DNA from: Lingula anatina
Lineage: Eukaryota > Animalia > Brachiopoda
Assembly (NCBI GenBank): GCA_051362555.1
Contig: CM120643.1
Location: 7,626,001-7,690,000 of the forward strand
DNA length: 64,000 nt
Direction: 5' to 3'
Of this stretch, positions 38,802 through 53,584 are shown piece by piece (the first letter of the stretch is position 1; each line of letters starts with the position of its first letter). The position numbers and the translations under genes were made by a program. The notes beneath the pieces are model-generated. The model ran no database searches and was not told the origin of the DNA. It saw only the letters and a program-made list of their open reading frames with translations.

Positions 38802-39790
38802 CGTACTGACGCAGAATTTGCGTTTCAAGTTATAAAATGATCAATCTTTTAAATTATTTAATATTTCAGATGAAATAATCTTCAGAAACAAATCCTCAAA
38901 GCATAAACGAATTAGGATAACGAACCATTTTATTATAGCAGTTCCCATTTTTTCTTTAATATAACGCTCTTTTTCCTGTTTTTCCTCAACACGTTTTCTT
39001 CCACGGAAGCTTCAAGATACCCTGAGAGCAATTTCTTTTATTAATGTTCGCGACCGTGTTTGAACTTAATTGTTTAAGTGTTGATATTTAACGTCATTTA
39101 CAAATACCAATAAAATAACCCCATGAAATAAAGGAGATATATTGAAAAATATGAAAGCCCACCAAGACGAGTTTCATACCTGTTATTACCTGGCTTGGGA
39201 ATTGCAGCGGTGCATAATTAACAGGTTTGTTGTAAACGAGCTTTTGGTCAACTACAATGCATTTAAAATGCATCAGCAATCAGTAAGTTTGCCAACTGAT
39301 GACAGTTAATCTGAAAGACTACCAGCTCTTGATATGATCTAAACCACCTGAGGTGACCATGATCTAGAGCATCGCAACTATTGTCACCGAAGTTAGTAAG
39401 TAAGTCACGGTAGACCGTCACAGACAAAGAAAGATTGTCAACGAGAGCTGCAATTTTGGTGAATCCCACGGCAACACACCGAGGCATAACGAAAATTCCT
39501 CAACTCCGTTCAACACAACTTTCATTAACTTCTCCGTCTGTATGCACCATGGAGCTCAGTTGAGTGTCATAGACCTTTATCGTGATTGTCGTCACAGTAC
39601 CACGTGACCCAGATCTGTTGCTTCATTTTTGCATATTGAGGTGAGGTTTACTAAAACGCTTTTTTTCTACTAATAGATTGTTTTTATAATTTTTAAATGG
39701 CGGGGATCGATTAAAACATACCTCTAGTGTATAGATTGAGTGCTGTATCTTCAAAATTCGAGAAATGGATTTTTACATGAACATTGTCCT
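37318..39790. mobile_element. Putative Kolobok-like element (TTAA flanks, AGG..CCT ends) with a degenerate THAP remnant
   Basis: TTAA|AGG at 37314 and CCT|TTAA at 39788. Diverged inverted subterminal blocks (GTCACGTGGT....TGACGACAATC; AACTGAGCT). Minus ORF at 39487 begins MPRCVAVG. Confidence 0.5.
37812..38200 (+). repeat. ~400-bp dispersed repeat, copy 2
   Basis: Colinear with 3662-4059. Confidence 0.85.
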
Positions 39791-42700
39791 TTAATGTTCC
39801 ATCTGTAACTTACAGTAGGACACATACTGTCACGGCGTAGGGATTTTAAGTCGTTTTTTCAAGCGCCATTACGTTGCGTCGCGTTCGTTGTGTGTAAAAA
39901 CGCCAATTTCAATGAAAAATGCTGATAATTTCTTTCTCTTTTAATTTTTTGAAATTTCAGTTTCAAGACACGATAGACGAGTATGTAAGCTTCATTTTTT
40001 ATTCATTGGGCCAACATTTCAGAGGAAGAATTTGGTAGAGTAGATCAGCGCTAAATTATAACGTCACGGTGATTTTCTAGCATAACAGCAGCATAACATT
40101 TGCTGGAAATTATTTTCATTTTAGTTCCTTTCGTAGCGTTGACGCTTTGCCAGTTAATTTTCTAGAGCGCCGCTTTTAGTAATGGCTCTCTTTCTCATTA
40201 GACGTCATATTTGAATTCGAAGTCCATCCTTGTGAATTACTATAGTTGAAACATACGGCAGTTATATAAGTAGAAAAGATAAGTCTGAACAGGTTTTTTA
40301 AAGAGACAAAAGTTGTAAAAGTTTGTATAACCTGGTGTGTTAAAGTTAAAGGACAACAGTACACACCCGAACGCAATTTCCCCCAACTCTCCCAAACCTT
40401 TTATACTATCACCATACCCCTCCCCCCCCCATCAGTTTTGTGCCGTTTAATTTCAACATATTTCCTTTGATCCAACTTTCTCTATTGAATGGTTCGTCGA
40501 CATCTGATTTAAACTAAAATATCATAATGTCATTTCCAATGGCTTATTAGCTAATTTCTGTATGAACTTTTTATCCCCCTTCCTCACCTCGCGTTGTCTT
40601 CACTAACACAATAGGGTGATATTTGTGGAGTTCGTCACAATCATGGTTGAGACAGCATCAGAATCAAAACACCGCAGTCTCTGTCGTAAGATCTACTTGG
40701 TCAAACATAGCAAAAACTGCTCAGATATTCAAATCAGTGAACCTTATTGAGTCATGTCAAGAAAGCCAGTGACCTACATAATGTCGTTTCAATTTTATTT
40801 GGGGTTGATAAGGATCTGAAGTTAATTTTCGTCTGGCATTTTTTTAAATATACTGAACACAATTAAAAGTCGTCCAATGTATTTTTGATGTTGTAAAGTA
40901 CAAATGAAGTTTCATCCATAAAATATTGGTGAGAGTTGTAAAGGAAAGGCGGTCACTTCAGCCTGCCACCTCCCCTACCATGAATGTAATGGGATGGACA
41001 GCCTGGAAGGAGACGTCACTGCCTCAGTGCTGAGTGATCAGGAAGTGGAGCGAAGGCGGCTTAGATATTAAGTATACAAATATCGTTATTTCAGCCATAT
41101 CAATATAACGTTTTAAGAAACCAATGTTAGGTATTTGGTGATAAGTTAATTGTGATTTATTTTTGAAAAGTATTTTGACGCCCGTTTGCTTAAAAGTGGT
41201 TTTGAACATTTCCCAACATTTTCCCCACGTACTATTTATTTCCTCCTTCGCTTCATCTCATCACGTCTCATAAAACAAAGGAAGATGCAGTTGCAATTCA
41301 TGTTCAGTATTTTGAACTTCGTCGGTAGAAATAATAGTGGCAGTGGAAGTTTACCGTGAGAAATGGCCAAGGAGGGGAAAATGCTGTGAAATGTCTTGTG
41401 AGAGTCTGGCTATTGATGCGTTGATATTTAGTGAGCGGTTGGTAGTGGAATTATAGAATATGTCATAGGTATAGTAACAAAACGTCCATTTCCTAAGTAA
41501 AGAACATAATCCAGGTATTAAGGGGGTATAGTAATACACTGCCATTTCGAATATTGGCAAGATTCGCAAATAAAGATTTAATATTTCATTTCAATAAAAT
41601 GTGTGAGCTAAACTGTGGTTGTATTGATTTCTGTGTGACATGTTATAAGATGAACCCTTCAAGACATAAGGGGCGAACTGATGACCCGAAATGCTGTTCT
41701 GAACGGGTTTGAAAAGGTTTTATCCAAAGGTGTCTTTTACGTGTTTTATATCAGTATAGCATCACGAATGTGAGGTGATTTACGAATTAAATGTTACATA
41801 TTTAAAACGTAATCATATATCAGAATGCATGGTCATCAGTTAAAAACTTGCTTTATTGTATTGAAATATGTTCTATACTATCTTAGTTTCAAGATTGTCA
41901 CAAGTGACATTTGTGAAATGGTACTATATGTGGTATTCTTCAGCAAGACAGCAGGGGATGACTTTCTAGTTTGGATGAGAATAAAGTACGCAAAAATACA
42001 CAAATTTATGCCGGTTTAAATCCAAATATTTTTCTGTAATATTCAACAATTTCACCTAAATCACCAATGAACACGTTAGCGAATCCATTAATAAATTCTA
42101 CAAGTCCGGTGTCGAATTCTTAATTTCTGTTTTTACGGGCTGCGGCGAGAGTAAACTTCAGTCTCATTCTCCAAATGTACTGAAATCAAAAATGAAACGA
42201 CTTACGCTTATTGTGTGTCTTTCTTTCAATCTTCAGAAGGGAAAAAAGGATTATCGTCTCTTGAAATTTGAGTATTTTCTGTCTTGTTGAGTAAGAGATG
42301 CCATTTTACGAATCAAGATCGATTATTTTGTGTCTCAGGTGAAGTATGTAGAATTAAGAAATTTCATTTCTATTTGAGAAAAATCCCTTCTTGAAAAGCT
42401 GATTTCGTACATGTAAATACCATTCATATGATGGAAAAGACACTATTTTCGTGTTTTACTTATCTCTGAACGAAGTTCTTGTAAAATATGTACACGTTTT
42501 ATCCTGAAATATATGTTTTTGCCATTAATCTGTTGAACAAATACATTTATGGGAATGAAAATTGCTTTATTTTCCAAATTTAACAATTTCGGCAATTCTG
42601 TCTTAACAGCATCATTATCTACCGACCAGATGATACAGAAATTGTTAATATTTATTCGAATTTAGAACAATTTATGTTCAGAAGGTTTTTTTTTTTCGAA

Positions 42701-43609
42701 TTGAAAATGCATGTAGGAAATATGAGAAAATCGTGATCTGTCCCTTGGATTTTAAGCCAGATTTCATGTAAATGTAATTTGTTATCTAATTGAAAATGGA
42801 TGTAGGAAATATGATCTGCTCATTGGATTTTAACCCAAATTTCATAAGTGAACATGTAGTTTGTTCTTTAAGTAGTTTTTGCAAGGAATTTTTTAAAAAT
42901 TTCATATTCATTTTACTATCTAATGTTCATTAGTCTTTCCAGTTTGGCAATAGCTGTATAAACGTTGTATATGTTTTTATGTAGAACTTTTGACACTTTT
43001 TTGCCAAACATAACAAAAATGCGTGTCCGTTTTTTGCTCCCAACGATAAATGTCTGACTGAAAAAAGCGTGCAATTTTAAACAGAGCATTTAATAAATAT
43101 CTCATAATTTTCATTTTTATATAGAGAAAAACAATGGCGGATCCAGAACATTTGAAAGAAGTCAGATGTTGACATTTGGGGCGAGATGGAGTATTTTGAG
43201 AACTTGATCATGTGAATCCAGAATGGGGAGGGCGGAGACTAGATCCACCATTGTTTTTTTTCTATTTTAATGAAGAAGTTGAAATATATTGTTTTTGTCA
43301 TTAAGAACAAACATAACACCGTTAGTATAGTAGATAATTTATTTGTCAAGTCGAATATATTAGAATGTTATATTTTTACACCTGTAAGTGAATTTAATAA
43401 TAATAATAATATAATATACATCATAATATTATACTATGATAGCATAATATTCTTTAAGATACTAAACGCTTTTTAACTTGTAAAAAGACTGAAGACGATG
43501 ACATTTTACAGATATATGTTTTATAAATAATTGAATACAAAAAAAGCAATCTGTATTGCTCTTAATAAAAAACTTATTGAATGTACAAAATGTCTTAGCG
43601 TTTTTACTG

Positions 43610-44000
43610 ATGGCTATATTGCCCAGTGGTAGCGTGGGTTTGGGGTTCGATTCCTGGCTCGGGCACTTTGGAATTACACTGAGGTGCTATTAGAAATTGT
43701 CTTTGGTTACTATAAGAAGAAAGTCTACCCGGGGAGGGTAGGTGGGAACACTTAGAGGAGTAGGTAACGCGCTTGCCTCTGAGACATAAGGTCCCCAGTT
43801 CGATTCCTGGCGCTTCTAGGTCCTAGCAAATTACCTTTTGCAAAAATAAACCCTAATAAAGAATTTAAACTACTACAAGAGGATCATACGAATGAGGAAA
43901 AACGCGAACTGAGACAGTGGCTCAGTAGGTAAGGCGACAGACTAAGAAGTAGAAAAGGGTGAGCTAGGAGTTGAAAACCTAAGGTTCAAGTCGAGCTGAA
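43610..44000 (+). repeat. Cluster of three degenerate tRNA-derived SINE heads
   Basis: B-box-like GGTTCGATTCC (~43644), GTTCGATTCC (~43798) and GGTTCAAGTC (~43983), each preceded by an A-box-like CAGTGGTA or AGTAGGTAA; no complete cloverleaf. Confidence 0.5.
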
Positions 44001-47000
44001 GAAAAGAAAGTCAAGAATGAATATGTGACATTTTGCACGTCATCTCTTATACTTTTATGTACATTTATTATAACAAATACAAACAACTACACCATACAGA
44101 TGTATGCAAAATCCGAACATTACGTTTTGGCTCTACATAAAAAGTAATTTTCATAACGACTGCGCAATTTGAGATATAAATTAATCTTAAATACAACTAT
44201 CTACAACTTAATGTGTGGGAGATTCTATGCATTTTGAATATTGTCGCTCAAGATCAATCATTTTGGTTCTACAAAAGTGTTCAAGAACACTGCATACAAG
44301 ACGACATAATACTGACCAGAACAAGAAATTTTCAGGTTTTTGCCCAGAGTTAAAAGAGAAAGTTGAAGATTTGACGATGTATTTTACAGCAATCGTTCAA
44401 AGTTGAAATTGGAGTATTTGTCTTGTGACTAATCCAATATTTCACCGAGGGACATTTTTATCCAAATTGAAGGGTGGTAACAGTATAGAAAATTCAAAAT
44501 GCATATGATCTCATGTAATCGTTTCCCCCGCACGCGGGTACACACTCATGACCCTACAACTAACTGTATGTCCCCATGCTGATGATCACACACAACACCA
44601 AACGGCAGTCAAACATTATTCAGTTCTGTAAATTTAATAAATGCTTTCTCATAGATAAATAAATATGTTTTTCTTCTCTTTAAATCTTAAAATAGGAACA
44701 AATTTATGCGCCGTGCGAATCAAGAACAGCATGAAGACATGGTCAGTTTACAACCTTATCCTAGTCAATAGTCATTTTATACAATATTCTGTAAACAAAA
44801 TTAAAAAGGTTGTGCAAAAACAAGTTTACTTAAAATAACTCAGAAAATGCTAATAAACTCAACTGTTTTCAGTGATGAAGAAACACTCAAAAATAACCCA
44901 ACAGCACGTGCAGGACTGGCACCTAATCGGGCCTTTTGTTCCCAATCACCCCTTGATCCCGACCGAAATATAGAATCAAGTAAGTACCAAGTACAAGATC
45001 AACATTAAATAAAACATTGACCTTCCAATTTTGTGTAAAACTTTTACTCTAAACAAGCAAAGTTTCATTTTTTGTTAAGGATTTTTCAAAATTCCAAGGT
45101 GTAAAAGATGAGATACATGCCAGTCCTTTTAATTTGATCTCAAAACTAAATTCTCAATTTATTTATTTATTGTATTATTTTATTATTTTACTCTGTATAT
45201 TGCTCCAAAAGGAAAATGATTTCCGATTTTTATAATTGGCTAAATAAACTCTTATCTTATCTTACATATACATTTAACAGTTCATGTAGGTATGAAAAAT
45301 GTAGGTAAAAAGTTAATTTTCCTTTTTTAATAACAAAAACTTATGAAATTCGAAAAAAAAAACTACCCCAACCCTTGGTTTGATTTTCTGAAAACAAAAA
45401 CATCTCTACCCCCTCCCAGCAATAAAACTATGGGTCTGTCACTGATCAGACATACTACTAGTATATCATAACACCGGGAACCAAAGGAAGTTTATTCTTA
45501 CCATTCGTCATATCCATAATTTTAGAAACACCCGTTTCGATATATGTGGGCAATTCTGTAATAGCTTGAGCACATTTTACAATTTCCTACTGACGTTAAT
45601 TTTTAAGTGTCATAATTTGGATTACAACGTTTACAGTTTATTGTAAATTTACATCTCGTTCATTTCTTTCAATGAACCTACAGTAAAAGATTCCTGTATG
45701 CATGTTACGTAATGGAGTCGCAACGTATTTTTCTTTTCTTAAGTTCACTTGATTAGAATCAATATTTGTATCCAATTTAATATGAATAAACATGCATTTT
45801 CAAGTGCATAACAAAGCGTCTTATTACATATTTGCCCACACATATAATTTTACAATCAAACATTAAACCGGTCGTGCTCTACCTGCACATCACTTAATGA
45901 TAATTTTGCAATTAATTTTATTTTCATAGATCCCTTAAGCAAGGTATTTTTTTTTTAGAATAGCTTCAAAAGTGTCGTTTCAGATTCGAAAACTGGTGGG
46001 TTTAAACAAAAAATATAAATTACAATAAAAACATCGATAGAGTGCTGTACTACAACTTATTTACACATGTATAATGATAAACCAGCGACGTGCAGGGTTG
46101 ACGCTTGGATTTTAGTCCATTTTATTGAAGTTCCATGAATAAAACACTCGTTATACGCTGCACTTCATTTGATACATGTTTTGATGAAGAACATTACAAC
46201 CCAAAGCAAACATTACATTTCAAACCAAATCAAATGTCAACCCTGCAAGATGACTATACGACAAACTTCGACACCAAGACAACGTTGACATGGGTGTGGG
46301 TGCTGGCGAACACGAATCTGATGTCTTTCCTGGGAGTGCGTCCAATTTCATCGTAAGACGGTTGTTACGAGATACTGAAAGTAAATGAAAAGTTAAATAA
46401 ATTAAACGATATCCACATGCGAGAAACAATATCTAATAATCTTTAAAGTGAAATATAACCTTTACACCGATCCATTCCAGTACGCATTAAGAGATACAGA
46501 AATCATATTATAAAAAAAGCTATATACTAGGTAAATTGAACTTACACGTTCTATACAATGACACTTTAGAACGACATTATTACTATTGCATGCCCCGTAC
46601 ACACTGTTACACGACAGCATAATAATCTTTATATTTATTTATCTTTCTAAGCCATAACCCTCAAGGGGTATTTTGATGGAGACTGCATATTTGCCCACAT
46701 GAATAATTTTACCATAAAAACAGAAAACCGGCAGTATACAATCACGCTGCTCTGTATACCAACTGTTACTAAAGATACCAGTGTTTGGACTTTATATATT
46801 TGCGGAATTAATTGTAAATAAATGTAATTATTTGTCAGAAAGCCTAGTTTTGATAATGATAATTCTGGATTTTGTAAATACGGGGACCTGGGTTAAATTA
46901 TGTCTCGGTTCTGTTAAATGACAAAAAAGTCAACAATACACCGTTAGTTACATGTATTACCTGCTTTGTCGTCTTGCTTTGTTTAAGACGGAATGACACG

Positions 47001-48637
47001 CTCAGTCCTTTGGACAGCTGGAATAATCTTCTCACTTCTTTATGAACACATGTTTTCCTTCTGGAAAAAGCAACATAAAAAGTTATATAACTTTTCGAGC
47101 TCACTTCAGCAATTGAGTATACCCAAGAGCACTTAAGCCTGAAGTGGGAAATGTATACTTTTTGATAATTTATCGTCATCATAAAACGCTCAGTGTTGAC
47201 TTACATCATCTATACAGTACTTACAACAAACTACATCAGTTTTCAGTGCCAAAATTTCAGTCTACGTGTGGACATTGTGGCAATGTGGCACGTGAAGCTT
47301 CTTCCTCTTCCTACTGACCTTGGTCCTATCTGAATACCTCTCACCAAAATGCTCACCTGGTTTACATAATAATAGCACTGACTGTGGGATTGTGTTAGAG
47401 AAGACACGATGCGGCTTAATGCAATCTTTGTAATCTATGCAATCTATGTACCTTCTATATACCTTCATCCCACATGATCGAGGTTATTATTAACGCATCC
47501 CAATTAAAAAATGCTGTTGGCTATTGCTCTAGTCCTGTAAATATTTAACACTAGAGTTGTGGCGACTAAGGTTTGTACATATATATCTAACATTTTTATT
47601 TATGCAGCAGTACACATGGACCCAAATGTGCTTCATAATAAAAAAATAAATCACATAAAAACCAGTTTATTGAGTTATTCAAACGATTCACATAGTGTAA
47701 AACTAGTAAACTAAAAGGCCCAAAACAATAGACCTCGTAAAAAACTTTGCACTCTGAACTTGACCAAATGATTATCAAAACGAAATCAACAGAGTGCCCA
47801 GGAGGCAGAATATTAGTGAGGAGTAAGGGTAACCATTGGGAAAATATAATAACGAGGGGGGGGGGGGGGGGGGGTCGACGAAAAATTACGCACATGAAGC
47901 TGTGCATTGATTGACTGGTGTCTCGGCCCTCGGATACAAGCTGGAGAAAAGACGTGCTTGTTTGACTGAATTTCATTGTGATATCAGTGAAGATAAGTGT
48001 TCGTGTATCAACCTGTATCAATGCGAAGTTTCATGAATTATATGCACGAACGTGAAAACGACTAATGAATTATGGGGTCTTAGCTAAGACGATTCCTCAA
48101 GTTCACCAAGCCAGTTTTGCTTATAGCCGATACTAATCAGTACAAGTACATTATAAACAAGAGGAGGAGTGTCAATCTAATGGCACGTTCCTGGAAAGTG
48201 CTGACTTTTACAGTAAGTGATTTCGGTTGAACCAGAACCAAATCTCCAACTCCCTTTTCAAATTTGAGCTTCATGATTTCAGGTTACATTTGCTTTGAAT
48301 TGAAAGCAATTTCCAATATTAAATCCATCTAAATGTATATTGATTTCGTTTATTGCATTTTTACCTTTCTTTATATGGAGAAGTTCTTCCAGTTTCTCCC
48401 CCAATTTTGTGTTTTGATATTTTGAAATGGATACCAAAAGGTTGTTAACAGAAGCTTTCCAACAGAGACTTGTCGGAAAGGTTTTTATTTATTTTTAAAA
48501 TATACAGTCCCGCCAGAAAGTCCCCTTACCAAAAGGCTGCATGGTCTCCCAACCCTGCCCAGTATGGACAAACAATAGAGGCCGCATGATAATTACAGGG
48601 TGGTGGAATCGGCAAGTAATCCTTATAGGACACCCGA

Positions 48638-50301
48638 ATAACGTGAAGGTATTGTTTTCTGATTTCATTGTTTGTTCTCTGTTGTCGCGACTCTGTGGTT
48701 GCGTGCGACGTTGTATATGTGCGCACGCTTGTTTTTACGTCGCTTATTCTTCTTTGTTACGCTAAAATGACACATACGTTACCGATACATACGTTACCAC
48801 GAAGCGTGTAAATATTTATTCTATTTTTATTGGTTGTCTTTCGCCTTGTGGGCCATCCTTTATATCTTTTATTTGTGTTTCATTAAAATAGTGTTGGCGC
48901 ACAAAAGGAAAGACAACCAATGAAAATAGAATAAAAAATATTTACACGCTTTATGGTAACGTATGTATCATTTTAACGTAACAAAGAAGAATGATCGACG
49001 TAATAACATGCGTGCGCACATATACAACGTCGCACGCAACCAGAGACTCGCGACAACAGAGAACAAACAATGAAATCAGAAAACAATACCTTCACATTAT
49101 TTGGTAACGTATGTATCGGTGACGTATGTATCATATAAAGAATTTCAACAAACGGTTTCAAGACAAGTAATCTTTAATTGCCCTGCTTTTCCTTCTTATT
49201 GTAATGTTGTATACCGTAAGAATAAGGCGTTTGCTCACAAGACGGACAACAAACAATTAAAAATAAAAGTATTTACACGCCACATGGTAACTATTTTCAT
49301 TGGTTGTCTTTCGTTTTATGCGCCAACACTTATGTCTTAATGTTACATTAAAATGAAAGAAAACGAGACAAATAAGATTTCTTGCCTTCAACTATCTGTG
49401 AAAATTGTTCATATGATACATACGTTACCGATATATACATGGCCAAATAATATGAAGGTGTTGTTTTCTGATTCCATTGATTGTTTTCTGTTGTCACGGC
49501 TTTGTTAGTGCGTGCGACTTTGTACATGTAGCCTATATGTGCGCACGTTTGTACGTCGTTCATTCTGTATGTTACGTCAATATGATACATACGCTACCGA
49601 TACATACGTTACCATGAAGCGTGTAAATATTTATTTATTCTATTTTCATTGGTTTTCTTTCGTTTTGTGGGCCAGCACTTACGTCTTAATGCTACATTAA
49701 AATGAAAGAAAACGAGACAAATAAGATTTCTTGCCTTCAACTATCTGTGAAAATTGTCCATTTGATTCATACGTTACCGATATATAGGCTATGTACAATG
49801 TACGTGACCAAATGTCACGACTTTGTGAGTGGGTGTGACTTTGTATATGTGCGCACTGCGTTTTACGGCCTTCATTCTTATTTGTTACGTAAATATGATA
49901 CATACAGTGTATACGTTACCAAATAACGTGAAGGTATTGTTTTCTGATTTCATTGTTTGTTTCTGTTGTCGCGACTCTGTGGTTGCGTGCGACGTTGTAT
50001 ATGTGCGCACGCTTGTTTTTACGTCGCTTATTCTTCTTTGTTACGCTAAAATGATACATACGTTACCATGAAGCGTGTAAATATTTATTCTATTTTCATT
50101 GGTTTTCTTTCGCTTTGTGGACCAACACTTATGTCTTTTATTTGTGTTTCATTAAAATAGTGTTGGCGCACAAAAGGAAAGACAACCAATGAAAATAGAA
50201 TAAAAAATATTTACACGTTTAATGGTAACGTATGTATCATTTTAACGTAACAAAGAAGAATGAGCGACGTAATAACATGCGTGCGCACATATACAACGTC
50301 G
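48638..50301. repeat. Complex foldback repeat: ~460-bp palindrome, tandem variants and a truncated second palindrome
   Basis: 48638-48850 is the reverse complement of 48900-49100; the arm recurs at 49450-49690 and 49920-50120 with an inverted partner at 50170-50301. Confidence 0.9.
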
Positions 50302-50562
50302 CTGACTTGATATCTGTAAGATTCTGCAGGGAGAAATGGGAGACATGGCCTAGTTTTTTACCTCTAAAAAAGTTTGCAATATACTTTGTCTTTCAGTGGT
50401 CCCCGATTCTTTAATTTTACCAATGTTATCACTTTGAACCGCATAAAACACTTTTGGAAGTAAAAGAATCATATTAGAAACTATCACTACACTTTCTTTT
50501 TATCATTTTATATTTATTCATCTTAGTATTGCCACTGACATATCTACTAGTGCCTCAATTTA

Positions 50563-50790
50563 GGACTCATTCCCAATGACACTATTGATCTATGTAAATC
50601 GATCCAACTCCACAGGGACTCTTGCTGAATGCAATTGGATTGGCTAGCCTCCTTTTGTTTATAACATGCTTGTTTTCCATTTTCTACTCAAAGCTAGGGG
50701 TGGTATGCTAATATCTTAATCTGATTACATTCAGCAAGAGTCCCCCTGAATTGATCTACCTAGACAGATAAAGCACAATCAGAACAGCCG
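50563..50790. mobile_element. Diverged MITE related to 14941/19561
   Basis: Internal inverted pair GGGACTCTTGCTGAATG / CATTCAGCAAGAGTCCC; similar end GACTCATTCCCA..GATCTA..ATCGATCCAACTCC. Confidence 0.55.
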
Positions 50791-51843
50791 ACTAACAGAG
50801 CACAACAACAACAAATTATAATATTATTTAATATTTATTTTTAATTGAAAGTTGGTTGGTACATTTATAATGTTGAAATGATAATTCTAAGAAAAACAAA
50901 GGCCAAATACATTTTCAAGCAGAGCATTAAGCTGAAAGTTATGAATACAGTTTATAAAATCATATAATTACCTAAAATAATACAAGTATGATAAATAATG
51001 ACATTAACTGCATTGCAGACTTTCAATTAAGTTTTCAAAGACATAAAAACTGTATTTACCGGTATAAACATCTGTACAGTGCTTTCTATTTACATTTGTG
51101 CATTAAAAATGTTCCCATGTTAATTTATAAGTACATATTTCATAAGGAAACAAATTCACTGCAAAGAGATATGACTTTGGATATTTAAAACAAAAAATAA
51201 CCTTGTCTTTTGATTAAATTTCATTAAAGAAAAAACTAACAAAAAAATTACAAAGTAAGCAGCAAAAGTTATAATAAGTACTCATCTTTTATAAAGACTA
51301 GTACCATGGGATCACAACAAAAGTGTACAGACTAGTATAAAAGCTTCAGTATACTTGCTGCAAAATGTTACTTAATTCTTTACTTAAAGAAATAAAATGA
51401 TTTTCTGCATTTCACTTATACAAAATTGCTGCAGACATCTTTTACACTTAATTATCTTTGGGCAAACCATAAGATTAGCACTAACATAAGACTAGACAGC
51501 AAAGCTGACAAAATATACAGACACAAAATATTCACCAAAATACACACACACAAAAAAGAAGAAATAAAAAAAAAGGTTAGATAAGATTCTGATATTTTTA
51601 CTCATTCACAGTTGGGGGAGGCATGCACAAGAATTGGGCTCCACTTCACGAAGCAGTAGTTTGTTAGTGATCGATAGTAGGCCTCTTCCTAGATATGAGT
51701 GCAGTTTCACGAAGCTATCGCTAGTTCTCTCACTCATTATTGTGTTGTTGTTACCATGGATATTTCATGACTGGTCAGACCAGTTGCTAACTCTAGAGTT
51801 TCATCATACACATGCGTATTAAATGAAAAAGAAAGGTTGCAAT

Positions 51844-53255
51844 ATGGCGTCTGTCTTTCTTGCTATCCGGGCCACCAGAATACAAAGGAGACAACAACGG
51901 TTTTATCATAGAAAAAAAACCATTAAAATTTATGGACGCTGGAGAAATATTCAAAAGATTCTGCCTGTCTAGAAGAGAGGTGGATAGGGTCGTGGAGATC
52001 CTGCACAATCTCATAACATTGATGAAGAGATCTCACACCCTCTCCCCACAGGCACTAATGCTCAATGTTTGCAATATTTTGCAACTGGAAGCTACCAGAG
52101 AGTGGAGGGAGATGCTACTCTAGGATGCAGCAAGGGCAGCGTCTCCTGGGCCATCCACAGGCTGGCAAATTTAATAGCAAAATCACAAAATGAGGATATT
52201 GCTGCCAAGTTTCCTACAGATCCCAAGGAAGTTAAAGCAGTGAAAGTGTACCAGCAGCATAACTAGCACAATGTCAGTCTATCCACACATGATTAGCATA
52301 GGTGAGATGTAGTCATGTGACCTGCTAGCTTTTACCATGCAGTAAAAAGACATTTTGAATGTAAGAGACAGGCAGGACCACATTTTGGAAGTTAGAGATA
52401 GGCAGGACCTAGTAGGAGACCTTAAGGGAGTCAATGGTAAGTTAATGTCTACACTTGGTTTACTGGATGTTAATGTTTTACAGAATTCATGTTATTGGCT
52501 TATTTAGTAGTGCAAGTTTTCCAAGTTTTGATATTGCTAAAAGGTAAATCAGTATAAATTGTATGTGTGGCAAGTAAGTTAAATTGTGTTTAATGTCTAT
52601 GTAATGTTTAAACCAAGAAGTAATACGTTCATCTACAAATATGTATACAATTAACCTGGGATAAGGACAGGTGTGCATTAAGTATTTGGTATTTTGATCA
52701 AGCTGTCAAAAACTGTAGTATAATGACAGTTGAACTTAGTGCCTAAGCAATCATTTATTAAAACTTGTGTGGTATACAAATAGACATATATAGTCCAGCC
52801 AGTAGTATATGGGTTACCCTCATAATTATTCACAGTTAGTCACCAATAAGGACTTGAATAGTTATTGTGATTTGCAGTCATGCAGATATTATGCACAGGA
52901 AGAAAGTATAATAAAGGTGCATTAGAAGATATTGTGAACATTTGATATATATTACAGGTATTTTAACAGGTTTTAACAATTGTCATAAATTTATAAATTT
53001 ATTTATTATTGTTATTTGTTTCTTTTTTAGTTTCACAGTTGATTGGATGTTTGAAAGCAACAATAAAAGAACACTTCAACCCATTTTGTTGCCTGTATGT
53101 ACAAAAGGATTTCATGATGATGCCAGCTTTCCAAATGTCTTGGGATGCATCGACAGGATACTCATCCCTATTCTGGCTCCTATCGAACAACGGTACATCG
53201 GGAGAAAAGGCTTCCATTGCCTCAACATGCAAGCAGTGTGTCATCAAATATTGAG
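51844..53255 (+). pseudogene. PIF/Harbinger (HARBI1-like) transposase remnant, split by ~850 bp of unrelated DNA
   Basis: FKRFCLSR..RSHTLSP..QYFATGSYQRVEGD..SKGSVSWAIHR..KFP, then GF..ASFPNVLGCID..IPILAP..YIGRKGFHCLNMQAVC. Confidence 0.9.
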
Positions 53256-53584
53256 GTAAGTAGGCTAGATGCTTGAAAAAAGAAATCATCTGAAGTGCAC
53301 TTGCAATGACCTTGACCATGTGCAATTTGTAAACAAAACGACTTACACATCCTCGAAGAGAGCAAGATGGCGGTGTGTGATGAGGACGGTACGTGAGCTA
53401 TGAGTAAACCATTGGCAACAGGCAAAAAGTCTGTATACTTTGCCACCAAATTCTTTACAAATGCACTTTGAACTGAGGAAGAAGAAGCTAAGAAAGAGAT
53501 CAGGACTCAAAGTTTTCTGCGTGGGTCTTCTTGAAAGCTTTTTCATCACTTGTTGATCGGGACACCATGTTACAAGGGAGGTGA

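Noticed and set aside
43610-43830. Functional tRNA genes
   Set aside because: Acceptor and anticodon stems cannot be formed; treated as SINE relics.
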